Shown in pieces: positions 1-11,029 of a DNA stretch of 64,000 nt. The notes under the pieces were generated by a model, which saw nothing but the letters and a program-made list of their open reading frames with translations, was not told where the DNA came from and made no database searches. Position 1 is the first letter of the stretch. Each line of letters starts with the position of its first letter. The DNA comes from Callorhinchus milii (Eukaryota), in assembly GCF_018977255.1 (NCBI RefSeq), contig NW_024704742.1, positions 28,582,001 through 28,646,000 of the forward strand. Direction: 5' to 3'. The position numbers and the translations under genes are program-made.

Positions 1-599
1 GCATTATACCATTGTAGTCTCATGGCTTGGTATGCCACAGTTACAGAGATGAATAAATCTAACATGATTTTATTTGACAGAAGTAAAAGCTCCACTAGAC
101 CCTTGCTTGACATATTTATTGTCAAGAAGGATAATGCATACAGGGACCTTTCAGTAATAGGGTTGTAAGAATGTGATGTCAAGCTACTACCGAAGACTGT
201 ATTTTTCTAGAATGTTTAACAGTTTTTTTCTAAATGAGCCTTAAACAGTGTAATTGTGTTAAAATCATGTTACCATTTGTGATTACACAGTGAACATAAT
301 ACTTGTTAGGTTAAATGATCTGATGATGTTAACTTGTAGGTTGTTTTTTCTCTGCCTGCGATAGTTTCAGTGAAGGAGTTGTGAGGGTAGTGTATCACAG
401 GACTAAAACCAGCTATTGGTTGTGTCTGACTTTGCTGCCAAAACTGCAGTATTTGTTTGGGTTGAAAGGTCACTCAGTGACAGTACTCGTAGTGTAACAG
501 GGACCACGTCCCAGTTGGGACCGAGTCAAATGTTTGTGCTTTTTTCTCTCTCTCCCAATGGGGTTATTGTTGGAGCTCTGGCACTTGAAGGACTTCATT

Positions 600-1730
600 C
601 AGTCCCACACAGAAGGCTGGTAACAGATCCCTCCTATGATGCAGCTTCCAATCTGTATTAGCTCGATTTAACGCCACTCACTTCCACCAGCCAATAACTG
701 AGAAAGGGATAAACAATTGAATGCTGATGCCTTGAACAGGTTCTTTCAAAGTGAATTAAAGATTTCACTAAAGTACAGTTTGGGTTACAAGCGAGATAGG
801 CTGGTGATTGAGTGGATAGTGATTAATAATCCATATGCCTTGTGTGTTGTGCAGATGTAGGGGAGGGAAGGTGGATTAACTTGAATTGTGATAAATCAAA
901 GCAGAAAGCATAGTCTGTCTTTAACCAATTTGTGTTAAATAACCAGTGACATCTAAAGATCTGTATCCAGTGATATCAACACGTAATCAGTTCAATCTAT
1001 TCTCTCTCTTCTTCCAGTGCCGTAGAACCTTTATAGTTGGACATCCAAATTATGTTATTCACTTGATATGTAAATAGCGAAAGTAAAACAGACCAGTTTC
1101 ACTCTAGATATTACTGATGGTTTTGATACTGTTATCTCCTTTTGTTGAGTGCATCTATCTGATGAAAGGTGCTTTCCCCTCTGCAGGAAAGTGTGATGAT
1201 TTGTGTCTGTGTTGTGCTGTGCTCCTGTTTGCATGTTCCCTGTGTTAAAGGGAAACCCCAAGTGGGTGGGAGACGACATTGATACATCTGATAGAGAAGT
1301 TGCCACCACCCCTCTAGGGTAACGGCTTGTGGTTGCAGTCAGGCAGCTCTTAGGTGGATGGAGCAGCATAGAGTTTGTAATCTCAGGTTTCTGTCAATAT
1401 TCCTCAGGGTAGTAAAGCATCAGTCTGCCTGTCAACTGAGAGGCTCACAGCACAGCAGGCAGAGCAAGCACAACAGCATTTAGCCTTTGGCAACCAAACG
1501 GTAGATTTTAGGAGGCAGAGCACAGGGCTCTCAAAGTTGCCAGGTGCCAGCCCCCCTCCCCCCATAACCAGCATGATAAGTCTTCTGTGTATGAATGTGC
1601 GTGTTTAACAGTTTGGGTATGACGCAGCATATTTATTCCAGTACTCACATTTTCTTTGTGTGGCTAGCTTTTGTTTTATTATATTATGTTGGACTAATTG
1701 AAACTCACGCCATAATTTGGGGACAGGCGC
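600..1730 (+). mobile_element. Possible highly degenerate Gypsy-like LTR retroelement remnant
   Basis: RKG...NADALNR-like peptide near 700-740 resembles the C-terminal RNase H motif. It is followed by a polypurine run (aggggagggaag, ~859) and LTR-like sequence ending near ataatttgggg (~1712). Weak support. Confidence 0.25.
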
Positions 1731-2059
1731 AGGGCTTGCTTCAACTTCTATAATCGAAACAGAGAATTACCAAGAGGGTTTCTGGGCAGAACTGAGCCCA
1801 TCTTTCGCAATCTTCCAGCGGTTATCTCCAAACGTTCCTCCCTCCCCACCATATCTCACATATAAATATAATAAAAATGTTGTCATCTGCCTTTGAAGGC
1901 TATTTCCACTATGATTCCATCTGATTCATGATTTCTGCCTCCCCTGCCTCCTTCTCTTCCCTTCCCCACTCTCTGGGCAGCTGATCAACACTCACCTTTT
2001 AATGATTTTCATGTACAAGTTGTTGGTAATCGCAGAAACAACAGTTCAACATTGTAAAT

Positions 2060-2165
2060 CAAGCAAGGAGTTTAGGCATCCTCAGTAAAAAAAATACTAC
2101 AACTGAGTTCAGTTTTGAGCACCTCACTTTGGGAGGGATGTCTAGGACTTGGACGGAGTGACGAA
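2060..2165 (+). mobile_element. CR1 LINE ORF2 fragment
   Basis: gttcagttttgagcacctcactttgggagggatgt corresponds to a degenerate VQFWAPHF.KD motif of CR1 ORF2. Confidence 0.55.
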
Positions 2166-3254
2166 GAAAATTATGATAACACCATCAACAACAACAACAA
2201 TAGCAACACTCACATTTATATACCACGTAGTGTGAATAGTAGTAGCTATTTGTAGACATGGTGAAAAGATCTATTTATTTTCAGTGAAGATTTGTTGTAT
2301 TTTAGATGTGGCAGAAGTTTTGTGAAATGGTGTAGTGATAGACATGAAAGTGCGGTGAATGCATCAGAAATCCAGGATAAATAGACAGTTATAATGATTA
2401 GCCCTTGGCCATTTTCTGGTGTGCAATTGAAGTGGATAAAAAATGTAATGCACTTCCTATAATGCAAGCCTGTGATGTGCCGTGTGTTTGACGAGGACTG
2501 GCTTGCCAGAGAGTAGCAGGATGCTGGCCTGTAGGAAGCTGGAGATTTCTGAGCACAACAACGTAACATATGGCAGTCCCTGGGCCCGAGCACAGGATGT
2601 GTGGGGCTGCTGCCAGCTCGTAATTATCAACTCATTAGCACTCAGGTAGCAAGTGCTGGTGGCACAGGAGGACCCAGATGACCCCAGTGCTGGCGAGGAC
2701 CATGTCCTGTAATTAAATTGACCTGAAACATTCAGATGCTCGCAATTGCCACTTCAGCATTCTTACTCGCTGGAATAAAAAATACATTCTTGGGGTGGAG
2801 GGTGGAGGAAAGGAGAGAAAAAAGGAAGGTTTAAATATTTATTTGTTTCTTATGTATTTTTTTAAAAGAATAGTCATTCATTTGATGGTGTGACATGATC
2901 CAAATGGTACAAATGCACATTCGCTACACTTTACACTAAAATCCTATGAAGGCTCTTTGATATGTTTCAACAATGTGAGAAGGCGCTATATCAAATGCAA
3001 GAATTCTTAACATTGTTACATGTATTGGCGGCAGCCATGAGAACAATTGTCAATTGTACAATATGTAATGTAGTGTAATGACAATAATAATCCCATAATA
3101 ATAATAATCCTAACAATTGGTACCACACCTTTCACTTTGGAAGGACGTCGCTACAGCATATACTACAAAGTGACAGGAAGGTGTGTTTTGTGGGTGAACA
3201 TGGTAAATGTAATAATTTGTAAATGTAATAATTATTATAAAATAATTCAGGTCT

Positions 3255-3610
3255 TTAAACATATACAATCTAGGCTGTCACTCCAGTACAGTGCTGGGAG
3301 CGTTGTATTGTCGAAGCTGCCATCCTTTGGGTAACCTGAGGTTCCATTTCCTGTTCAGGTGCACATTAAAGTTCCCATGGAGCTATTTGAAAAGAGGAGG
3401 GAATTTTTCCTGATGTTGTGGGCAACAATCTCCTGGCTAAAACTGATCATTCACTTCATGACTATTTGTGGTACATTGCTGTGGGCAAATTGACTGCCAC
3501 AATCATCCACAGAATGCCCAGTCACTACACTGTACAATGAATCATGTGAAGCAGTGTGACACGTCATCCTAATGTGAAACATTGTTGATCAAATGTAATG
3601 TCAATAAATA
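3255..3610 (+). mobile_element. Old Deu-core SINE (5'-truncated)
   Basis: Contains gttcaggtg..cattaaag.tcccatgg and acattgctgtgggcaaattgactgcc, alignable with the full copy at 10095-10540. Confidence 0.7.
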
Positions 3611-4307
3611 CTTATATAAATATTTAAACATAAATGCCCAAATCCTCAAACAGTTAAACAGATAACCAGTTAAACTGCTACCTTTTGCAGTAATCTGCTC
3701 AAAATCCCTCCGTACTCTTCCTGTTCAGCCTTCAAATACAATAAGCATTATACAAATAAATTTCAGTCATTAAATTAATCTTTTTAGCCTTCAACTGCAT
3801 TACATATTTAAGTAAATAAGTATGACTCCCTGAATTAACAGTGCCACAGGCCTCAACTGTAACAAATATTATAAATCAATAAATAACACTTTTTTCAGCG
3901 ATTGGATCTTAGCCTGTGATAGACCACAGAGGCAGTGCAACCCCATGATTGAATTAATTGACTGACCCCTGAACAGACCTCTCATCAGGCTCTGATTAAA
4001 TTCATCACAATCTTTCTCTTTGAATTTCTCCTACGGCTTTTGATGTCATTCGAACCCCTCGACTGGATTACTCCTTGTAATCTCCTGCCAGCCGTCCAGT
4101 ACAAAGTGTGTATCACAGAGCAGGGATGGATGGGACTGGACAGAGACTCTGCAGACAATGTTGTGTCAGTTCATGCAACAGGAGCAGAACTTTCTTTTTC
4201 CATTCTCTTTCACTCCTCCACCAAATGATTTGTCTCAGGCCAGGGTACTATTCCCCGCCTCCCAGCAACTCACCCAAAGGTGCTATTCTTCCTGCAGGGA
4301 TATGCAT

Positions 4308-4830
4308 CTGACACGTGGGGAAACCCGGCATCATGCTTAATAATATCCAAACCAAACAGAGTTCCATGGATCTCACTTATACATGTACATTGCCATGTAT
4401 TGGAATTGGAATGTATGCAACAAAAACTAAGGCTTGGGGACCTCAGAGGTATTGGTATTGTTGGAATTTAACCAGCTAAAACCGCACAGCTTACATTCAG
4501 CGTGGTAAATTTCCCACTGCTTGTCCAATTCAGATCAGGCTATCCCTTGTAGCTTTGGGTTGCAGGGTTAACATGCGCTAAGTGAGAAGATTCCCTGCCC
4601 CCAGTGACTTTTCTACCTCTTTAAGTCGTACTGATGAGTCAGGCTGTTTGAGCTTTCATCAGCATGCCGTGAAGTACTGTGGAGTCCCTGGTTCAGATAC
4701 AACATTTCCCAGACCACCACAGAGAATTGACTCAATTCTAACATTCCACTCCCAAGCGTGTCACCTTGGAACCAGATCAACTCAAAAGGAGACCCCACTT
4801 AACTCCCCCCAAAGGGGCATACTCAGGGCA
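4308..4830 (-). repeat. Unclassified interspersed repeat (longest copy)
   Basis: Shares blocks (tccaaaccaaa, aaggcttggg, tttaaccagctaaaacc, ctgatgag...tcatcagc, ctcaattc...cattcca...tgtcac.ttgga) with copies at ~7236, ~20435, ~45597 and ~54895. Confidence 0.7.
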
Positions 4831-5144
4831 AATAGTGGGGCAGGCTATTTGCCTAGATTAAACAGATTTCCTCAGATGCATTGGCATTCAGTTTAGGTTA
4901 GGGCATTTCTCCTCCTATGAATTGAATTTATTGTTTACCTCGTCATTCAATATTACCACAGTTCCTACAAGTAAATAAGATTTAAATTGAACACTAAGAC
5001 ATGCTGTCTTATCTAGTCATACAAGGCTCACTATACTTGCCTCACTATATGTTGTGTGCAGTTAGGAGGAGATAATTTGGGCTCCAGTTACTGGATAGGC
5101 CGAATTACCTTCTTCTGTGCAGTAAACTTCTATGGCTCTATTGC

Positions 5145-5430
5145 AACAAAGCATCTCAAAGAGCTTCACCAAGAATTGTTGTCAAGTGTAGTGACTGTGA
5201 ATTTGCAAGCAAACGCAGCAGCCAATTTGTGGATAAATGTCCCACAAACTGCCATGAAGTAAATCATCAATTAATGTGAAGGATTGTTGGCCATGATGCT
5301 GGGAGAAACTCCATAATCTTTTCAAATGGTATTATGGAATCTTTAACGTTCAGCTGAACAGGCAGACGGAGATCTGGTTTAATAGCTAACCCGAATAACA
5401 GCATTCTTACAAAGCAACACTCCTCCAAGT
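5145..5430 (-). mobile_element. Old Deu-core SINE, preceded by a CR1 3'-tail remnant (~5060-5140, +)
   Basis: gcagcagccaatttg...tgtcccacaaac...ggaatctttaacgttcagctgaacaggcag is the reverse complement of the Deu core. Confidence 0.65.
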
Positions 5431-7235
5431 AAACTGTTTTGAATTCCAGTTATTTTCCTTTGCTTTTAGTTTTGGCAGTCATTTTCACTATAGAATGTGC
5501 ATAGACCCCAAAGGGACTAGTATCATTTGTGAAGCACTAGTATCATTCCCCCAGAGACTGAAACACAATGGGTTCCTCGTGTCATACAGAGGAAAGAAAA
5601 CAAGGAGCAAAGAGAAGCAAGGACAGTCAGTGATCAGAGTTACCGTAGCTGCTGACCTACCCAGAGAAATAGACCCATTAAACAAAGAACAACCCAGACT
5701 GATGGTCAGCCATAAATTTAGTGTTTGTCATCGGATCAGTGTCCTTGTAATTAAAACCTTTGTCTTGCTTTTACTGTAAAGCTGACTGTCTGCTCTGCAT
5801 CATCTTTATCCAGTAACATCAGTTAAAGCTAGCCAGAATTCAGCTACTATAGCCCAAATTATCTCCATCTAACTACACTGAACAAGTAGTGAGCAAAGAG
5901 CTTTAGCAAGCAGAACAGGCCTTGTGTGACTAGATGTGGCAACATGTTCATATTCAATGCTCAATTTCAATCTCCTTTACTTTTAAGTACTGTGGAAACA
6001 ATGAGTAATCCTGAGATAAATAATAAATTCAATTCATATTCAGTATGATGGCAGCAGTTAACATGTTCTGAAGCTAATGTTCATAGAAATGTAGTGATGG
6101 TAAGCTGCAGCTCATTAAAACCATCAGTCCTCATTTGACATTATCATGTCACTTTATTTGTATGTCTGAGTTGATATTTGATGAAAGATCCAAAAAAAGA
6201 GATGTTACTGCAGAAAAAACACTTGAGTGACACTTACAGCTCAGCAGACAGAGTGGTTCCACATTAGCAGCACAGAGTTCCCAGAACAGCTTTATGGCTC
6301 TGGATGATTGAATTGACGTTTCAACATGCGATGCTCCACTGAAGACCCTGTGCTGGTGATTTATCAGCCGCAAACCAGGTCACTGTCCTGAGATTTTAAT
6401 GTTTTAAAAACATTCATTACATTAATTTGAATTGTAAAAGGGAAACAGAGCATAATCCCAGAAGGTGCGTTGGCACATCACCCTCTGGGGATTAGGCGAA
6501 TTTAAACTGAAAAGGGTAAAATAAAGTGTAACATTCTATTTTCAGTATCTTAAAGTTGTGTAAAACTTAGAATGTTCACCAAGGAGTAATTTCATAAAAA
6601 TATTTCTGTGATCTAGTTTATAAAAAAGTGTATTTTTTGTCCTATGCTTCTCAAGACACAGGATATCAGTGCTGGGGAATCAAATGCATTTCAATTTTTC
6701 TTAAGCAGTGTCAATATCAAGCTGTCTCAAGACAGGAAAAAGCACAATCACATTTAAATTAAAATTACTCTGTTCTCTCTGATAATATGGCTTTCCTCCA
6801 CTTCACCTCAAAAGAGTGTCCCCACTGAATTTGTGTGAATACTATCACTAATGGAAAAAAAATTAATCCATGACTGTTTGTGGGGCACTACTGTGTGCAA
6901 TTGTTTGCTGTGTTTCACCAAATATACAATCCACTTTACAATACATCTTGTGAAGCCCTTTGAAATATTTCCATCACTTGATAAGGCGCTATATCAAATG
7001 CAAGGATTATTAGGATTATTATAATTGTGCCCCACAAACAGCCATGAAGCGAATGATTCATTTTATCTGGGGGATTGTTGGCCAGAACACAGGAGAAACT
7101 CTCCTTAATTGTCCTTCACTACTACACCTTAATTTAAAGATGAGTTGCTATGCTATCCCCATTATAAACCTTAACTTCTGACCTGTGCTGTCTTACAGAA
7201 CACTCAGTCATATGATAGAAATTTATGCTCATTGC

Positions 7236-7478
7236 CTGTTGTTTTGTTTTGGGCAGCCAGGTGTTTGATACATGTGGAAATCCATGGATATGCTTAAGAG
7301 TATCCAAACCAGACTGAGATTTCCATGCATGCCACCTTTACATGAAAATGTCTGTGTTTCCAATGAAATGCACACTCTCTTCCTTGAGGAATGCAACCTG
7401 TTTACCAAATTCTGGAGAATATTAGGCACAGGTTAGCAAGAAGCAAGGCTTGGGTACTAATAGAGTTGAACCAGCTAT
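7236..7478 (-). repeat. Unclassified interspersed repeat, terminal fragment
   Basis: Aligns by eye with 45597-45880 and 4308-4485; starts at ttgttttgtttt (A-rich end on the minus strand). Confidence 0.7.
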
Positions 7479-7528
7479 TCTGTTTGTTGTTCTGAAATAA
7501 GTTGGAAGAACAGCTCCTCCTTGTATGT

Positions 7529-7687
7529 ACAAAACACAAAAGAGAGCTGGAAAACACAGCGGGTCAGGCAGCATCTATGGAGAAAGGAAAGTGAGTCAAC
7601 TTTTCGGGTCCACGACCCTTCGTCAGAACTGTCTCACTTTCCTTTCTCCATAGATGCTGCCTGACCCGCTGAGTTTTCCCGTTTTTG
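7529..7687. mobile_element. Penelope-type fold-back insertion with minimal hammerhead core and 14-bp TSD
   Basis: Perfect 39-bp inverted arms at 7557-7595 and 7633-7671. Minus strand reads CTGACGA-a-GGGTC-gtg-GACCC-GAAA. Flanking direct repeat tcctccttgtatgt at 7515-7528 and 7688-7701. Confidence 0.75.
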
Positions 7688-9679
7688 TCCTCCTTGTATG
7701 TGTCGGCTGCTACATGTTAGTTGCTTGAGGAAAAAGAGGAGTAAGATCATGTACAGCTGCAGCTGAATTGCTTCATTGGTTTTTCACATCCGCAGTCGAT
7801 TCGCTACATCCCCATACGCCTCCTGTCAGCACCAGCAAAGGTGTGACTAGATTTCTGAATGTCAGGCTGTCAGAGGCGTTTTGGTGACCTCCCTGTGAAA
7901 ATGTAGAGCAGCTTTAACCATTAAATGCTGAAGCCCTTTAGGAACCTTTGATTTCATCAGGTGATAGAAAAATATTGAGTGGTTCTGACCAAATCCCTTG
8001 AGTAGGCACAATGGACACTGACTGACGGGAAGAACGTTTGTGCGTACGAGCAGCAGCTACCAAGAGAGAGAGACAGAGGATGCGATCAATAAAAAAACTA
8101 AAAAAAAGGGATCACTGAAGAGGGTGGAAAAAGATTTTTTTTAAAAAAGTCTATTTATTTCAGCATGAGTCACTGAGTCTAAAATCAAATTGTGTTCAGA
8201 TGAATGAAGAGCTTCAAGGTCTTGCTGAAGATTGATGGAGAAAGGAGACAAAGTGATAGCTGTTGAGTGGAGTGTTAACAGATGGAACAGGTGTGCCTGT
8301 GTCTGGAGCTGCCACCCTGACAACAGAGACAGGGCTGACACTTCTCTTCATCAGCCCTGGCACTTTCCACAGCTGGATTCTTACTCCGAGCTTCCCAGAA
8401 ATTCAGGAGCTCACATCAATTTCTTATTGATTGAACAGACGTGAGCTAAAAACAAACAAAATACAATTAAATTGCATTCGGTTTCATTACAGGTTCCTTC
8501 AGGAATTCATGAGGTAAGGTTTGTAGAGTTTCTTAATAAAATAATAGTCCTTGCATCATTACCAATGTAACAAAGCTATTCACAAACTTAAGCTTGGGTT
8601 GGATGAAGAATGCCCGTTGGCCCATTTTGCCTCATCTTTTCAGAATACCCACCCTACTATCTTTCCATTATATTATTAACAGTAATAATAATAATCATTG
8701 CATTTGATATAGTCCCTTATTCTCTTCCTGCATCCCTCCCTCCATATTGTACTATTTTTTTCCCTCAAAATGCTGGTAACACCGGCACAGATCATTCTTG
8801 CGGATGAATGTCAGGGGTTTATTCCAGCAAGGTAGGAGGCCATTTCTGTCAACCAACAACAACTTGCATTGATATAACGCCCTTCACATATATCAGAGAA
8901 CTTTGTAATGAAAGAGTCAGATGCCAAGTGTTGGATATCAAGAAAGGTCACCCAGCATTCCATTTAGGCAAAATCTATTAAGCCAAACTTTACTAGTTCC
9001 ATAAAGTTACACCATGGAGGGATTACAATAAAGCAATACTACCGCGGGTCGGGACGTTCAGCAGCCGAGGTTCCAATCTGTCTTGTCTGGGTATTCAAGC
9101 TTTTTGATCTTCCATCAACTCTTCCCTCGTGCTCCTCCGATCTTTTCCTTCTGTTTTTCCTTCTTTGTTCTCCCTGTCTTTATACTCTCATCCCACTCCC
9201 TCTATACCCTCCTCCAATCTCTTATTAGTCATTTACAACCCATTATTAACATATCCAATCATGTTTCCTTCAACCTTCGTTCTTTGTATTGACTCCATAT
9301 GTTCCATGACCTCTCACCCCTTTTGACCCACTGTTAGTATGTTAATTCTGCACCCTAATGCTAACACAAGTAAGGGAATAAGGAGAGGGGGAAAGAGCAT
9401 CATAGGCATAAGTCAAAGAGATAGTTTTAAGCTGGGACTCCAAAACAGATGGAGAGAAGTAAAACTGAGCAGTCGAGGGAGTTCCAAAGATTGGAGGCTA
9501 AAACTGACAGCTTAGTCACCAATGACGTTCCATATAGGATAAGAATGGACAGCAAGGCTTAGTTAGTTGAGCGGAGGGAGGGAGGGATGGAGAGAGAGAG
9601 AGAGAGGAGAGGAGTAGGGTAAGATAAGATAAATCACTGGTTTACCTGATATCCAACATCCATACACATGCTTTCCTGG

Positions 9680-9780
9680 AGTTGCCACTGGATAGTGATT
9701 AGAAGCAGCAACTAGGGCTGATGATCCCTTCTGTACATCAAGGATGCTGAGATCATTTGTACCACCACTTGTGTCCTCCC
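9680..9780 (-). mobile_element. LF-SINE-like remnant
   Basis: catccatacacatgctttcctggagttgccactggatagtgattagaagcagcaactagggctgatg resembles the reverse complement of the LF-SINE core as recalled. Confidence 0.5.
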
Positions 9781-10094
9781 TGTGATACCAGTCAGGATCC
9801 ATAATTCTCACACAAGCTTAGGAGCTCCACCGTGCCGTCCCCATTCACTCTAATTATATTAAGCTCCATGACCTGGATGTGACCTGTAAAGTCTAAGGCA
9901 GATTACCTGATCATGAGCCGTTAATAACAAAAAGAGTCAGTATAGTAAACAAGGAGACAGCACTGGTCTGATTCCCCCACTCTGCACAGAGCTGATCATT
10001 GTGATGCAATGGGGGTACTACAAAATGGTCTCGATGCCATAGGTTTGGGAAGCAAATCCTCACCCAGAAATTCCTGCCTATTGAAAAGTGCACA

Positions 10095-10540
10095 TAATAA
10101 TAAGAATCTTTGCATTTGATATAGCGCCTTATCATGTCGTTGAGACATCTTCAAACGTTACCCAGGATATACTGTAAAATGGATTGAATGTGTACTTTCT
10201 AGGCATAATGTGGCAGCTACTTGTGCACAGCAGTGTCCTACAAACAGCCATGGAGTGAGCAACCAATTTTTTCTATTTGGGGAATTTGTTGGCCAGGACT
10301 CCAGGAGAAAATCCCTTCTCTTTTCGAAGCGTGCCATGGGATCCTTAACATCTACCTGAACAGGCAGATGGGACCTCGGTTTAACAACTCATCTGAAGGA
10401 ATGGATCTCCGACAGTGCAACCCACCTCCAGCACTGCATTGGAGTGTCAGCTTAGACAATGCGATTCAAGTCCCGATGTGAGACTTGAACCCACAACTTT
10501 CTGAGAGGCGAGAGCGCTACCTCTGCATCAGGCTGACACA
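10095..10540 (-). mobile_element. Near full-length tRNA-headed Deu-core SINE with L2-type tail
   Basis: On the minus strand: B-box-like gtgggttcaagtc head, full Deu core (gttaaaccgaggtcccatctgcctgttcaggtagatgttaaggatcccatggcac), and tail gataaggcgctatatcaaatgcaaag...(tat)n. Confidence 0.85.
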
Positions 10541-10611
10541 CGCATGTGAGTGAAAGTCAGATGAGGACAGAATCACTCTCGGCTGCTTTTGTCCCCCTGT
10601 GGTGGACTAGC

Positions 10612-10712
10612 TGACACTCCCTGTTAAATCCCACACATTCATGTGTGGGTCTTAACAGGGAGTGGGTCTTAACAGGGAATGGTCATTCGGGTGATGTACT
10701 GCAGGAACTGTA
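10612..10712. mobile_element. pogo/Tigger-like MITE remnant with hairpin
   Basis: Arms 10615-10638 and 10641-10664 (2 mismatches), a tandem gggtcttaacaggga repeat, and an actgta end. Confidence 0.35.
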
Positions 10713-10864
10713 CCTTTGTGGAAAAAGTCATCAAATGCCTTCAGGAGATGAGAGGGAAAAACTGGAGAGAGCGGAGAAATTGAGGTGGCACTTAGGCAGT
10801 GTGTGTTTGAGAGCCCTCAGTGATTAGCAGGGAGTGCCCCAGATTCAAGACTAAACATTTACTG

Positions 10865-11029
10865 CCCATGATCTTTCGTCAGAACACAATTTTGATGAAA
10901 GGTCATGGACCCGAAACGTTGACTCACTTTCCTTTCTTCATAGATGCTGCCTGCTCATGCTGCTGAGTGTTCCCAGCGACTTCTGTTTTTGTTTCAGATT
11001 TCCAGCATCTGCAGTATTTTGGTTTTGTT
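10865..11029 (+). mobile_element. Penelope-type insertion with hammerhead-like core, short inverted 5' piece and 13-bp TSD
   Basis: tTGATGA-aaGGTC-atg-GACC-cGAAACGTT followed by the same arm as the 7529 element. Inverted copy catgatctttcgtcagaac at the 5' end. TSD taaacatttactg at 10852-10864 and 11030-11042. Confidence 0.75.

Noticed and set aside
4631-4662. ctgatga-containing hairpin as a hammerhead, C/D box RNA or SECIS element
   Set aside because: There is no GAAA box after a helix II, the D-box-like CTGA is not kept in the 20601 copy, and the SECIS spacing does not fit.
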